DNA of 64,000 bases from Anaerolineae bacterium. Its GTDB lineage: Bacteria > Chloroflexota > Anaerolineae > B4-G1 > SLSP01. The DNA is taken from NCBI GenBank assembly GCA_035373625.1, contig DAOSNS010000002.1, forward strand, positions 189,301 to 253,300, given 5' to 3'. Of this stretch, positions 48,661-58,906 are shown in pieces. Under the pieces are notes generated by a model. That model was not told the DNA's origin. It did no database searches and was given only the letters and a program-made list of their open reading frames with translations. The position numbers and the translations under genes were made by a program. The stretch's first letter is position 1. Each line of letters opens with the position of its first letter.

Positions 48661-50301
48661 CTACTCTAATCCCTCAATGCGGAAAGTGAACCCCAAAATT
48701 TCCAGCAACACGGAATCCACGCCCGCGGGGCGGACAAACTGCAGCTCGAATTCCTGATAACCATCGGGGGCGATGTTCCACGGCAGCAGCGGCATAGAGG
48801 CTTGCAGGGAACTGGTGCCGCCGCTGTAGGTCAGGTTGATGTTTGCCAGTGTCACAGCCAGCGGCGATTCTCCATCATTGTAGAGGGTGCCGTTGATGAC
48901 GATGACATTGCGGGTGCCATCGGCGAAGACGCTGGAGAGTTCCACATCGGGCTGCGGCGGGCCGGGCAGCGGGGGGGTGTAGGATAGCGAGAAGCGCGTG
49001 CTGTTGGCCGAGGTCGCATCACTGCGGACGATCCACGTGACAGGCGATGGCATAGTGGGAGGAACCTGGTAGCCGGCGCTGCCCATCGCCGTCTCACCGG
49101 CGTTGAGGATCCGATTCAGAGGACCATACTGGCCCCATGTCGTCGCGGCCTCGTTCAGCGTATACCGTTGTCCATTGCTATCTTCAAGGACCATATCGAA
49201 GAATGTGGCATCGCGCGCGACCCCGCTTTCGTTAGTCACCTGGTATTCGATGATGAAGTAAACCGAATCCGCGGTGTTTTTCTGTACTTTTGACTCCAGC
49301 ACCTCAAACTTTAGCCCGTCCACCTTTTGATTTGGGGTGAAAAGGCTCTCTTCCGGCAGATAACGCGCCTGGACGATCAACCGGTTAGTCTGGCTGCTAT
49401 CCAGCATCATCAACGTCAATCCGGGCTTGTTCTGAGCCAGGGGAGACAAATCATCTGCCGCGATCCGCTGCGTCTGGGGCGCTCCGAAGACCAACATGTT
49501 GCCGTTGTCGAGGGTTAGCGTAATACGGTGCGCACTCGTCAGCCCTGCGAGCAACGATTCCGTCGTTGCCATGTAAGGGACACCGATGACGTAATTGATC
49601 ACCGTCCCGTAAATCCATACCGCAATGCCGCGTTGTTCCAGGGGGATGGGCCACCGTCCCTGTTCCGGCATAACCGCGACTACAGGGTAGACCGTCCCGG
49701 CAATGTCGAGTTGATCGGGATGGGCGATGCCCACCGGCACCCCACTTTCTTGAACGACCACGACATCAGCAGGAATAGTCGGCGCAGAGGTAAAGGCCGT
49801 CAGTTTGTTGACGGTTGATGATTCTGCGCCGCCGGTGGCGCGGTTGCGTTGTAACGCGAGCAATTCCCCCACACCTACCGCCACGATGATGAACACGCCG
49901 AGCACGATCAGCAGGATGGCCCACGTGGGCGGTGTGACCCGTTGCGAGCGCGGGCGCGCCTTGGCCGCTGCGATTGTCGGGGATGGCGCGGCGCCGGTCG
50001 GCGCGACATAAGGCGGAACAGGAACCCCCGTCGGCGTCGGAGGCGGTGGGGGAGTGACGGCGGCCTCTGTACCGCCGCTCATCGCCGTGAAATAATCGTA
50101 AGCCTTGCGCTTGTCCGGATTGGCAAGGATTTCGTAAGCCTCATTGACTTCTTTGAAGCGTTCTGCAGCGTCCGGCGAGGTGTTGATGTCGGGATGGTTG
50201 ACCCGGGCCATGTGCCTGAAAGCCGCGCGAATCTGTTCCGGTGTCGCATTTGGCGGGACGCCGAGGATTGCGTAGTAGTCTTTGATCGTTTTCGATGCCA
50301 T
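48661..50301 (-). CDS. DnaJ (J-domain) membrane protein with Pro-rich linker, a single TM segment and a large extracytoplasmic domain
   Basis: N-terminal 'DYYAILGVPPNATPEQIRAAFRHMARVNHPDIN...KEVNEAYEILANPDKRKAYD' with the HPD motif. TM 'WAILLIVLGVFIIVAV'. Confidence 0.7.
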   Translation of the reverse strand: MASKTIKDYYAILGVPPNATPEQIRAAFRHMARVNHPDINTSPDAAERFKEVNEAYEILANPDKRKAYDYFTAMSGGTEAAVTPPPPPTPTGVPVPPYVAPTGAAPSPTIAAAKARPRSQRVTPPTWAILLIVLGVFIIVAVGVGELLALQRNRATGGAESSTVNKLTAFTSAPTIPADVVVVQESGVPVGIAHPDQLDIAGTVYPVVAVMPEQGRWPIPLEQRGIAVWIYGTVINYVIGVPYMATTESLLAGLTSAHRITLTLDNGNMLVFGAPQTQRIAADDLSPLAQNKPGLTLMMLDSSQTNRLIVQARYLPEESLFTPNQKVDGLKFEVLESKVQKNTADSVYFIIEYQVTNESGVARDATFFDMVLEDSNGQRYTLNEAATTWGQYGPLNRILNAGETAMGSAGYQVPPTMPSPVTWIVRSDATSANSTRFSLSYTPPLPGPPQPDVELSSVFADGTRNVIVINGTLYNDGESPLAVTLANINLTYSGGTSSLQASMPLLPWNIAPDGYQEFELQFVRPAGVDSVLLEILGFTFRIEGLE

Positions 50302-50321
50302 AGGATGTCTCGCTTGTCGCG

Positions 50322-52223
50322 TCAGGGGATGATGACCGGCAGGTTGGGCGGCGCGATGCGCACATTGACCTCCGGCCGGGTGGCTTCCACGAGCCGGTCG
50401 AAACCCAACAACGGGATCAACACCCGCACGGTCCCCACGGTCGGCACGGTGAACGAGAGCTGCCCCTGGTCATCGGTATAGCCGCGCGCCAGCTCGGCTT
50501 TGGTTTCGGGCGATTGCACGCTCACGAAGAAGCCGGGAACCCCTTCGCCGGCGCCGACCTGACCATCTCCGTTGGTATCATAATACACCAACATGCGGAA
50601 GGTGCGGAAGCCGCCGGGGGTAGGTGCTGGTGTAAGGGGTGCGGGGGTGGTGATCAGACGGAAATTTAGTTCTTTGCTTCCCCCTTCACTTGTCGGCGGC
50701 GGCGTGGGCGTGGCGATAGGCGATGCCGGTGTCTGGGGCGTGCTGGTAGGCCGCGGCGTCGGTTGCGGCTGGGGCGTCACATCCGACTTTTCGGGCGCAG
50801 GCGTGACGTTGCTGCCGGGCACGGCCAGCTCGCACTTGAGCGAATAATCGCTGTTCGTCGCGTCGCGGATGTCCATCCGGTCTCCCTGGCCGATGAGGAT
50901 GTAGAGGAAGCCTTCGTAAGTAGCGTAGTAAGAAAGGCGGCTGTTGAAGTTGCCCAGGGCGATGTCATCGTTGGCCATTAAGAAGTACTGCTCTCCCGGC
51001 CCACTGTAGAACACCATACGAGGGTCAACGCCGGGATCGAGATTGCTCGTCTCACACGTCAATTGGAGTCCCGGTTTGACGCGGATTCTGAAGAAATCGT
51101 TGTCTACCTTTGCACCGCCCCAGGGCATGAAGTTGAGATTATACGTCAGCCCTGACGCGATGGTGGTGGCAAGCTCGAAATTGTAGTTGGGTTCATACGC
51201 ATCGAATCCGCCGGGCCAGGTGGGTTTGGGGGTGACGGTTGGCGATTGGGATGTGGGGGTATGGGTCGGCGTTGGCGTGTTCGTGGGCGTCGGCGTCAAC
51301 GTCGGCTGGAGGATGATGACTTCCAGCAGGTAATCCACCAGCGTGTTGGAAGGCGAGGCCGTGGTCACGCTGGACACGCACAGATGATAACGGGTCAAAC
51401 CTGCCTGCAAGGTCAATTCGACCTCGTGGTTGGTCGCGGTGGTGTTGCCCATAATGTAGTAGCCGTTGTTGTCGTAGACCTTGAGCCAGCGGTTGTACCC
51501 ATAGTCGCTCAGGATCAGGCGGTATTGCAAGCCAACGATGGTGTTGATGGCGAAACAGTCCACATCATAAATGCTGGTGACGGCCCCCACAATTTTGCCG
51601 GGGACGTCAAAAGAGTTAGCCGTTCCTACATTGTCGTTGGGTTCGCTCTCGATGGGGATGTTGGGCGGCGGCGGCATCGGTGTCTGGGTGGGCGTGGGCG
51701 TGAGCGTGGGAGTGGGCGTGTTGGTCGGCGTGGGCGTGGGAGTGACCGGCGGATCAACGGCAAGGGTGTAATCCGTTGGCCCGGCTGTAGGGTCGTTGTT
51801 CGGCGCGGTGACACGAATGTAGTAAAGGGTGGTGACTGCCTGAAAGGAGAGGCTCACCGTAGCATGGGCCGGGTCCGTCTGGACGCTTGCCACCCAGGCA
51901 TAGGCATTCGTGTAGACATCAATGCGGCGTTCTTGGGTGCTCTCGCGGGTAATGTTGACAGTATAGACGCGTCCCGAATCGGTAGTGATTCTGAAATAAT
52001 CTTCATCCCCAAGTGGACTGATCGCTCCGGTCATGGTGCCGGGGATGACGAAGATGTTGGCCGTTGAGTAGGAGTCGTTCGGCTCGACCTCGGCGGCGGT
52101 GGGCGCCAGGGGATCCGCATAACCCCACGGTGGGGACGCGGCGAGCAACATCACGGTGATGGCGCATAAGATCACCAACGTCGCCGTTCCGGTTGTCAAG
52201 CGCCTGGCTTTTGCTTTTTTCAT
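50322..52223 (-). CDS. Secreted multi-domain protein: signal peptide, two PPC (pre-peptidase C-terminal)-like domains, Pro/Thr linkers, C-terminal CarboxypepD_reg-like domain
   Basis: Signal-peptide-like N-terminus. Repeated 'EPND..TA' blocks. 'PTPTNTPTPT' linkers. 'LVYYDTNGDGQVGAGEGVPGFFVSV' at the C-terminus. Confidence 0.5.
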   Translation of the reverse strand: MKKAKARRLTTGTATLVILCAITVMLLAASPPWGYADPLAPTAAEVEPNDSYSTANIFVIPGTMTGAISPLGDEDYFRITTDSGRVYTVNITRESTQERRIDVYTNAYAWVASVQTDPAHATVSLSFQAVTTLYYIRVTAPNNDPTAGPTDYTLAVDPPVTPTPTPTNTPTPTLTPTPTQTPMPPPPNIPIESEPNDNVGTANSFDVPGKIVGAVTSIYDVDCFAINTIVGLQYRLILSDYGYNRWLKVYDNNGYYIMGNTTATNHEVELTLQAGLTRYHLCVSSVTTASPSNTLVDYLLEVIILQPTLTPTPTNTPTPTHTPTSQSPTVTPKPTWPGGFDAYEPNYNFELATTIASGLTYNLNFMPWGGAKVDNDFFRIRVKPGLQLTCETSNLDPGVDPRMVFYSGPGEQYFLMANDDIALGNFNSRLSYYATYEGFLYILIGQGDRMDIRDATNSDYSLKCELAVPGSNVTPAPEKSDVTPQPQPTPRPTSTPQTPASPIATPTPPPTSEGGSKELNFRLITTPAPLTPAPTPGGFRTFRMLVYYDTNGDGQVGAGEGVPGFFVSVQSPETKAELARGYTDDQGQLSFTVPTVGTVRVLIPLLGFDRLVEATRPEVNVRIAPPNLPVIIP

Positions 52224-52293
52224 CCCTGTTCCTCCCTGGGAAGGTGTTAGTCATTAGTCGTCAGTCGCTGGTTGTTAGTCGTTCAACTGATAA

Positions 52294-54471
52294 TTAAGAA
52301 ATTGGTTCCATCGGGGCCATGCTGGCTAACAGCCGTTTGACCCCGACGCCGTTGGAAAAGAGGACGGTGACCATTTCACTGCGTCCGTCCATTTGACTTT
52401 CTAACACCATGCCTTCACCGTAGTGGGCGTGGCGCACACGCTGCCCCTGACGATACTGCAACTGCGGCGTCGCCGGCACGCTGCGTGCTCGCGCCGTATC
52501 GTTCCAGGTCACACTCCATTGACGCTGTTCGGCCTTCTTTTGTTTCCGGCGTGGATGGTTCAGGACTTCATCCGGCAGATCGCTTAAGAAGCGTGAAGGC
52601 GCCGAAGGCTCGCTACTGCCGTAATGACCCCAGCCACGACGGAAAGCGTAGGTGAGGTAGAGCCGCTTCTCGGCGCGCGTCATGCCTACGTAGAACAGCC
52701 GTCGCTCTTCGGCGACCTGTTGCGGTGAATCCAGCGAGCGGCTATGGGGCAGCAGCCCCTCCTCCAGGCCGGTGAGGAAGACCACCGGATATTCCAGTCC
52801 TTTGGCGCTGTGCAGCGTGAGCAGGGTGACGGCACGGACTTCCTCGCCGAGTTCGTCAATATCGGCAACCAGCGCCACCTCGGTCAAGAAATCGGCCAGC
52901 GTAATGTCCGGCGCCTCGGCAACGACGGCCCGCAACGCCTGTACGTTTTCCCATCGCGACTCGCCTTCCTCGGACCCGTCGCGCAAGTATGCCTCGTAGC
53001 CGGTGTCGGTCAGGATGCGGTCGAGAAGGTGCAACAAGCCGGCCTGTTCGTAGAAGGCGCGCCAGCCGTGGAGCAGCGCTGCGAATCCGTTGAGGGCTTG
53101 ATCGGCCCGACTGCTGAATTGTTTCTCCTGAAGCAGATGCTTCATCCCCTGATAGAGACTGCTGCCACGGGCGTTGGCCGTCGCGGAAATGGTCGCCAGC
53201 GTGCGCGCACCAATGCCACGCGGCGGGGTGTTGATCACGCGCATCAAACTGATGTCGTCATCCGGTGTCTGGACGAGGCGCAGGTAGGCCAGCACGTCCT
53301 TGATCTCTTTGCGCGCATAGAAGCGCGTGGCGCCGATGAGGCGATAGGGAATGCCGTGGCGCACGAAGGTCTCTTCCAGCGCGCGGGATTGTGCGTTGGT
53401 GCGGTACATCACGGCGATGTCACTGTAAGCGTAGCCGGAGCGCGTCAGCGTTTTGATCTCGCGGGCGACGAAATCGGCCTCTTCCTGTTCGTCGTAGGCT
53501 TCGTGCAAGGTGATAGGATCGCCGCCGCGCTTTTGGGTGAAGAGATGCTTGGGCGTGCGGTCGGGGTTGGGGGCGATGACGGCCTGCGCGGCGTCCAGGA
53601 TGGTCTGCGTGGAGCGGTAGTTCTCCTCCAGAAGGTACTGGCGCAGTTCGGGGAAGTCTTGGCGCAACCGTTGGATGTTGCGGTAATCGGCCCCACGCCA
53701 CGAGTAGATGGATTGATCCTCGTCGGCCACGACGTACAGGCTGCGGTGCTCCTGCGCCAACAGTTGCAGGATGATGTACTGCGCCATGTTCGTATCCTGG
53801 AACTCGTCCACCAGCAGATACCGGTAGCGGCGCTGATATTTATCGCGGATGTCCGGGTCGTTGTGCAGCAACTTCGCCGTCTCCATCAACAAGTCGTCGA
53901 AGTCGAGGCCGTCGTTTTTGCGCAGCGTGTCTTGATAGCGCGCATAAGCCCGCGCGACGATTTCGTCGTAGTAGGTCTGCACCGGATAGGCATCCGGCGG
54001 GATGAGTTCGTTCTTCGCGGCGGAGACGGCGCTCAGCAGGGCCTGTGGCCGATAGCGTTTGTCGTCCAGTCCGAGGTCTTTGACCACCTGCTTCATCACA
54101 TTGAGCTGGTCGTCGGTGTCGAAGATCAAATAATTGCCGGAAAGCCCGGCGGCTGCGGCCTCGCGGCGCAGGATACGGGCGCAGGCCGCATGGAAGGTGC
54201 CGAGCGTCATCGTCTGCGCCGCCGCATCACCGAGCATGGTGTCGAGCCGGTGGCGCATCTCGCGGGCGGCCTTGTTGGTGAAGGTGACGGCGAAAACCTG
54301 CCAGGCCGGCACATGCATTTCTGCCAGCATCCAGGCGATACGGTGGGTGAGCACACGCGTTTTGCCGGATCCGGGTCCGGCAAGCACTAACACCGGTCCG
54401 TTGGGCGTGGTGATAGCGGCGCGTTGCTGGGCGTTCAGTGTTTGCAAAAGTGGATGGTTTTGTTCGTTCAT
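52294..54471 (-). CDS. pcrA: ATP-dependent DNA helicase PcrA/UvrD family
   Basis: 'GPVLVLAGPGSGKTRVLTHRIAWM' Walker A. 'LVDEFQDTN' motif. 725 aa. Confidence 0.9.
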   Translation of the reverse strand: MNEQNHPLLQTLNAQQRAAITTPNGPVLVLAGPGSGKTRVLTHRIAWMLAEMHVPAWQVFAVTFTNKAAREMRHRLDTMLGDAAAQTMTLGTFHAACARILRREAAAAGLSGNYLIFDTDDQLNVMKQVVKDLGLDDKRYRPQALLSAVSAAKNELIPPDAYPVQTYYDEIVARAYARYQDTLRKNDGLDFDDLLMETAKLLHNDPDIRDKYQRRYRYLLVDEFQDTNMAQYIILQLLAQEHRSLYVVADEDQSIYSWRGADYRNIQRLRQDFPELRQYLLEENYRSTQTILDAAQAVIAPNPDRTPKHLFTQKRGGDPITLHEAYDEQEEADFVAREIKTLTRSGYAYSDIAVMYRTNAQSRALEETFVRHGIPYRLIGATRFYARKEIKDVLAYLRLVQTPDDDISLMRVINTPPRGIGARTLATISATANARGSSLYQGMKHLLQEKQFSSRADQALNGFAALLHGWRAFYEQAGLLHLLDRILTDTGYEAYLRDGSEEGESRWENVQALRAVVAEAPDITLADFLTEVALVADIDELGEEVRAVTLLTLHSAKGLEYPVVFLTGLEEGLLPHSRSLDSPQQVAEERRLFYVGMTRAEKRLYLTYAFRRGWGHYGSSEPSAPSRFLSDLPDEVLNHPRRKQKKAEQRQWSVTWNDTARARSVPATPQLQYRQGQRVRHAHYGEGMVLESQMDGRSEMVTVLFSNGVGVKRLLASMAPMEPIS

Positions 54472-54565
54472 CGGTCACTATTGTAACACGGAGAGACGCT
54501 GAAGCAAATGAAAAAGCGCACATCCGACCCGGATGTGCGGATGAGCGGTGTATATCCCCGTGGAC

Positions 54566-56173
54566 CTATCTTAATTCCTTCTTGATCCTTTCAAAGCGCA
54601 TCAGGCTGTCTTCGGGAATGAAGACTTTTTGCGCTGCGGCGGTGCGCTCGATCATGTCAATGAAGCCGAGCAGTACGTAATCCATCGAAATCTGATCGAG
54701 CCGGCGCTCTTCGGTCATCGTCGTCAGCGTACCGATCAGCCTGTCCAGCATCTCTTGACGGACTTGATTCACGGCACGTTCGCGCATCTTCAATTCCTGG
54801 ATGCGTTCATCGGACTCGATCTTTTGGACTTCGATGTCGCGCCGCGTTCGCCAGGTCTTGGCCCATTCTTCGAGCACCTGGCCCTGGAACTCGATGTCGT
54901 GGAGCGTGACATCCATAATTTCGACGCCGAAATCCCTGGTAGATGCCGTGAGAGCATCCAGGAGCGCCTGACGGATTTGCCGGCGCACATTAACATCGAG
55001 CAGCTCATCGAGTTTGTACTGGGCGAGAATTTTGGTGCGCATGGTCCCTTCGGTAGCGCCCAAGACCACCCGCTTGTCCCAGCTCATCAGACGATCCGGT
55101 TCTGTGCGCCACGCCTCGCGGATCCACTTGCAGGCGGCGGCCTTGAGGATGTGCTCATCGTCGTTGACGACTTTATATTTGGTGGCGACTTCGTAAGTGA
55201 TGGGGATGCCATCCTGGGTAATCGCATTCACTTTGAACGACCAGCGTTGCGGGCGCAGATCAATGATGTCCCAGATCTTCTCAAAAGGCGTCAGGCGCGG
55301 GAAGCCCGGCCCGCGAAGGATGCGGGCGAGTTTCCCACCTTTCTCGGTAATCACGGCGCTATCCAGGCGGATGACAAGGCCGGCCGGCCCGCCGATTTTC
55401 TTGACGGGGTCTTTTCCCAGGATGATCTTTCCCCCCTGAATAATCAGGAAAGGCGAAAAGCCGGGGCGTCCGAAGATGCGATGCCAGAGAAACCGCCGAC
55501 CTTCCTCCAGGCTGTTAAGCCGGTACAGGGCAGTGATGAAGGCGGCGCAAAGCAACAGCGCCGTCAGGAAGCTCCCTGCTCCGGGGAGCATGCCGCCGAA
55601 GACACTGACAATGAACGTCTGAATGTATATTGGGAATTTGTCTACAGGGTTTTTGACTTCTTGAATGGTGGCGACGGTCGCCGTACTGCCGTCGAAGTTT
55701 TGTACCTTCGTCACCCGGATGGTGAGGGAGCATGTGGCGGTCTGGGCAACCGGTGCATCGTTGTTGGAGAAGATAACGGTGACATCGTGATACCCTTCGG
55801 GAGCCGTGTCCAGGACATTCAGGCGCGCTCTAAACTGCCCACCCACCGTCGTCGCCGGAACGATGTCGCTGAGGGAAAAATAGTTTTTATCTTCTGTCTC
55901 CACGTTGGCGGTGGAAAGCGCCGCCGCTTCGAGGGTCTCGCTGGCCCGCTTGTGCGTCAATGCCGCATTGACGACGATGCCGTCGCTGTCGGTGGCGGTC
56001 ACCAGACGGTCGCCGCTGAGGCTCTCCGGGCAGTGGGGGACAATCGGCCAATTGTAGAACCAGGTATTAAGGGAGACGGCCGCCAGGCTCATTAGGAAAA
56101 GCAGCATGCCCACAACGAGAAGGGTGATGAAGACCCGAGTGTAATACTGTCTTGCTCTTCTGAAGTTGAACAT
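54566..56173 (-). CDS. SPFH/band-7 domain membrane protein with large N-terminal extracytoplasmic region and C-terminal coiled coil
   Basis: TM near the N-terminus. 'RDFGVEIMDVTLHDIEFQGQVLEEW' is an SPFH-type motif. Confidence 0.5.
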   Translation of the reverse strand: MFNFRRARQYYTRVFITLLVVGMLLFLMSLAAVSLNTWFYNWPIVPHCPESLSGDRLVTATDSDGIVVNAALTHKRASETLEAAALSTANVETEDKNYFSLSDIVPATTVGGQFRARLNVLDTAPEGYHDVTVIFSNNDAPVAQTATCSLTIRVTKVQNFDGSTATVATIQEVKNPVDKFPIYIQTFIVSVFGGMLPGAGSFLTALLLCAAFITALYRLNSLEEGRRFLWHRIFGRPGFSPFLIIQGGKIILGKDPVKKIGGPAGLVIRLDSAVITEKGGKLARILRGPGFPRLTPFEKIWDIIDLRPQRWSFKVNAITQDGIPITYEVATKYKVVNDDEHILKAAACKWIREAWRTEPDRLMSWDKRVVLGATEGTMRTKILAQYKLDELLDVNVRRQIRQALLDALTASTRDFGVEIMDVTLHDIEFQGQVLEEWAKTWRTRRDIEVQKIESDERIQELKMRERAVNQVRQEMLDRLIGTLTTMTEERRLDQISMDYVLLGFIDMIERTAAAQKVFIPEDSLMRFERIKKELR

Positions 56174-56194
56174 TTTTCCCTCCTCAAGGGGGAA

Positions 56195-58759
56195 CTAACC
56201 GCTGATATGCCTGAGCAACTCAACCACATAAGGAGACAGACAAAGCCCGGTCGGCAATTGCAGCGCGCTGCCTTCGTCCGAGGATTCCGGTTTGGCCGAT
56301 GGCGAGATGCCCATCGCCTCGAAGAGCTTGATCGCCAGGGCGCGCTTGCTGATGCCGCTGTCGGCTTCCTGCAGAACCTGAGTCAGGCGGGAAAGCATCT
56401 CCAACCGCACCTCGCCGAGCACTTCCTGTTCGCGGAGGGCAATGCGCGCCTGGGCCTCGGCGACGGCGATTTCAACATCTTTTTCGCGTTTGACCTCCCA
56501 GTTTTTGATGCGCTGCGCCATGATGTCCTCAGGAACCTTGATGTCGCTGATGCCGCCACCGACGACCTCAATGCCCAACGGCTTCATGGTCTCCTTAAGT
56601 TTGCCGATGAAGGCATCGGAGATTTCCACGCGGGGATTTCGCCGACGCGAAGCCTGAAGGGCATCATCCCAGCTTATGCCCGGCTGTAGATAATCGTCGC
56701 GCTGCGTGGGTGGGGCGCTGCAACACGCATAGCGCCAGGCATTTTGCGCTTCGCGCGATAGCATCTCGAAGTCCGTCAGCGAGGTGAGTCCGCAGGTTGC
56801 CCCCGCGCGCGGATGGATGTCCGTGAGGGTGTGGTCATTTACGACCGCCTGGGGCACGCCGATCAGGACGCGCAGGCTCTTGGTGACCGCGCCGATGATG
56901 GTAATCTCATCGGTGGAGATGCCAAAGTGGTCGGTCAGGGTTTTAAGGAGGTCTTTCAAAGGGATGCGGCTGCCTGTAGATGTGACAACGAGCGCCTCAA
57001 CTTTAGCCGGTAGCTCACAGGTGGCCGGGACCGGGAAGAGCCGCGCGATGTACTTACTCGGCCAGCGTCTTTGGATCTGCTGCGCCAGACAGCCGATCGC
57101 CTTTCGCTTGTCGAAGTGCTCGACCAACGTTTCTGCCAGGTCGCCTTCGGCCTGATATTTGAAGAGCGGGTAATCGCAGCCCACGTCAAAGGCCAGGTCT
57201 TTGAGTTCGTCGGCGGTCAGGCGGCGGGCCATAAAGTTGCGCAGCTTTTCACTTACCGTGAGCGTGGCGCTATAGACGCCTTTGATGCCCGGCCTGCTGA
57301 TTTCTTCCGGTTCCTCGGCCGGCTCGTACCTGGGTCTGTCAGGATCACGGGTATCCATATGCAGCTCGTTGCAGGTATAATGCGCCACCACTTCTTTGAG
57401 CAGCGGCGGCCCCATCGTGAGCACCAGTTCGTGCCAGGGACGGGGTTTCAATTCCTCGGTGACAAGTTGATCTGCACCCCGCTCGAATTTGTGTTCGACC
57501 ACCGCATGGTCATAGACGGCTTTGAGGACGGCGTCTTTATCGTAGGGATAGGAACTGCCGAGTTCGACCTTGCGCCCATCGGCCCAGATGCGATTGGGCA
57601 TAAAGGTAAAGATGCTCGCCGTGATGCCGTCTTTGGTTTCGGCCTTGATCGTGGTGACCCGCAGTTGAGGCCGCAAGTCCACATCGGTGTAGAGCTGCTC
57701 GAATTGTTTGGTAAAGCTCAATCCCGGCGGGCAGACCCTGAAGGTGATGCCGTCGGAAGTTACGGCCAGATGATTGCAATCGGTCAAGATGATCCCCGGG
57801 CCGGCGAAGAATTGTCGGAATGGGTCGCCGCTGACAACCGCATCGGGCTTTTCTTTGTCTTGCGTTTCGCGCGTTTTCCAGTCCTCGATCACGTAATAGG
57901 GATAGTTTGTCCCCAAGAGGAAGGTGAGCACGCTGCGGAAGGCGTTGGCCCGGCCATCGTCTTGGGTGGAGGGGAACAGGCAGCGAAAGACCGGCTTGAC
58001 GAGTTGTTCATTCAAGACAACATCCTCACCCAGGGGAAGCACGTTGAGCACGGTGGGGATTTTTTCGTGGTCCGGCAGCGGCAGAGAAAGGATCGAGAAG
58101 TAGTACAACGTCCCCCAGAAGATGATCTGCGCCGGCAGGGTGATCAGCAACAGCCCGATTCGTCCGGCAGCCTGATAGCCGATCCAGCAGGCCAGGAAGA
58201 ATTCAAACCACAGCAGGGCAAGCAAAGCCATGCCTTTGCCCTTGAGCATCAACGTACTGAACAACCACACGCCGACTGTGCCCACCAGCGCCACGGTGAG
58301 CAGTAAAGCCCAGGTGGTGTCGGGCGTTTTGAAGAGGTAGTAGAACGGGATGGCGGTGAAAATGAGGCAGAAAGCTGCCGCAATGGTGAAAGCGACACCG
58401 AAGATGACGGCACCTAGCTCCTGGCTGAAAAAATAACCGAGCGTCCCGGCCAGAGCCGTGGCCCACATAGCGACTTCCAGGATCAAATAGATGTGGAGCA
58501 GGTAAGGCGCTACACTGTCGGGAAACTTCGCCACGGTTGGCACGAGATGGTAGAAAGGCAGTTCCTCAGGTTTGAAAACCGAAGCCAGTAACAGGAGCAG
58601 GAAGCCATTATAGACAAGGGTCAGCGACCCCAGAATCAGCGGCGCCCGCTTCGATCTCCAGAAAAGGAAACCGAGGATCACCGCCAGGAGGCAGGCCATG
58701 CCTCCTTCGAGCAACAATGTCCGTCCGGCCTGCGTAAGGAGCGTTGTGAACATAGTCAT
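56195..58759 (-). CDS. Large polytopic membrane protein (~300-aa multi-TM N-terminus) with a C-terminal SPFH/band-7-like domain
   Basis: 854 aa. Many hydrophobic helices at the N-terminus. 'LGIEVVGGGISDIKVPEDIMAQRIKNWEV...AEAQARI' is SPFH-like. Confidence 0.4.
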   Translation of the reverse strand: MTMFTTLLTQAGRTLLLEGGMACLLAVILGFLFWRSKRAPLILGSLTLVYNGFLLLLLASVFKPEELPFYHLVPTVAKFPDSVAPYLLHIYLILEVAMWATALAGTLGYFFSQELGAVIFGVAFTIAAAFCLIFTAIPFYYLFKTPDTTWALLLTVALVGTVGVWLFSTLMLKGKGMALLALLWFEFFLACWIGYQAAGRIGLLLITLPAQIIFWGTLYYFSILSLPLPDHEKIPTVLNVLPLGEDVVLNEQLVKPVFRCLFPSTQDDGRANAFRSVLTFLLGTNYPYYVIEDWKTRETQDKEKPDAVVSGDPFRQFFAGPGIILTDCNHLAVTSDGITFRVCPPGLSFTKQFEQLYTDVDLRPQLRVTTIKAETKDGITASIFTFMPNRIWADGRKVELGSSYPYDKDAVLKAVYDHAVVEHKFERGADQLVTEELKPRPWHELVLTMGPPLLKEVVAHYTCNELHMDTRDPDRPRYEPAEEPEEISRPGIKGVYSATLTVSEKLRNFMARRLTADELKDLAFDVGCDYPLFKYQAEGDLAETLVEHFDKRKAIGCLAQQIQRRWPSKYIARLFPVPATCELPAKVEALVVTSTGSRIPLKDLLKTLTDHFGISTDEITIIGAVTKSLRVLIGVPQAVVNDHTLTDIHPRAGATCGLTSLTDFEMLSREAQNAWRYACCSAPPTQRDDYLQPGISWDDALQASRRRNPRVEISDAFIGKLKETMKPLGIEVVGGGISDIKVPEDIMAQRIKNWEVKREKDVEIAVAEAQARIALREQEVLGEVRLEMLSRLTQVLQEADSGISKRALAIKLFEAMGISPSAKPESSDEGSALQLPTGLCLSPYVVELLRHISG

Positions 58760-58906
58760 TTGTCCCCCCTTAACTCGATGGCGCCAGGTTGAGGTTTCTC
58801 ACTTCATTATAGTAAGATTTGCGCTTGAATGCAAATCCAACGGAATTCGGGGGGCATTTTTTTGATACCTGATTGAGACGCCCGGCTAAAACTCGAACAG
58901 GTAGGG

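Noticed and set aside
52744-54390. 548-aa plus-strand ORF
   Set aside because: Antisense to the well-supported pcrA/uvrD helicase gene. Low-complexity Gly/Val/Arg-rich translation typical of GC-rich antisense frames.
54629-58306. 488-aa and 411-aa plus-strand ORFs
   Set aside because: Antisense to the two SPFH-domain genes. No motifs. Composition-driven.
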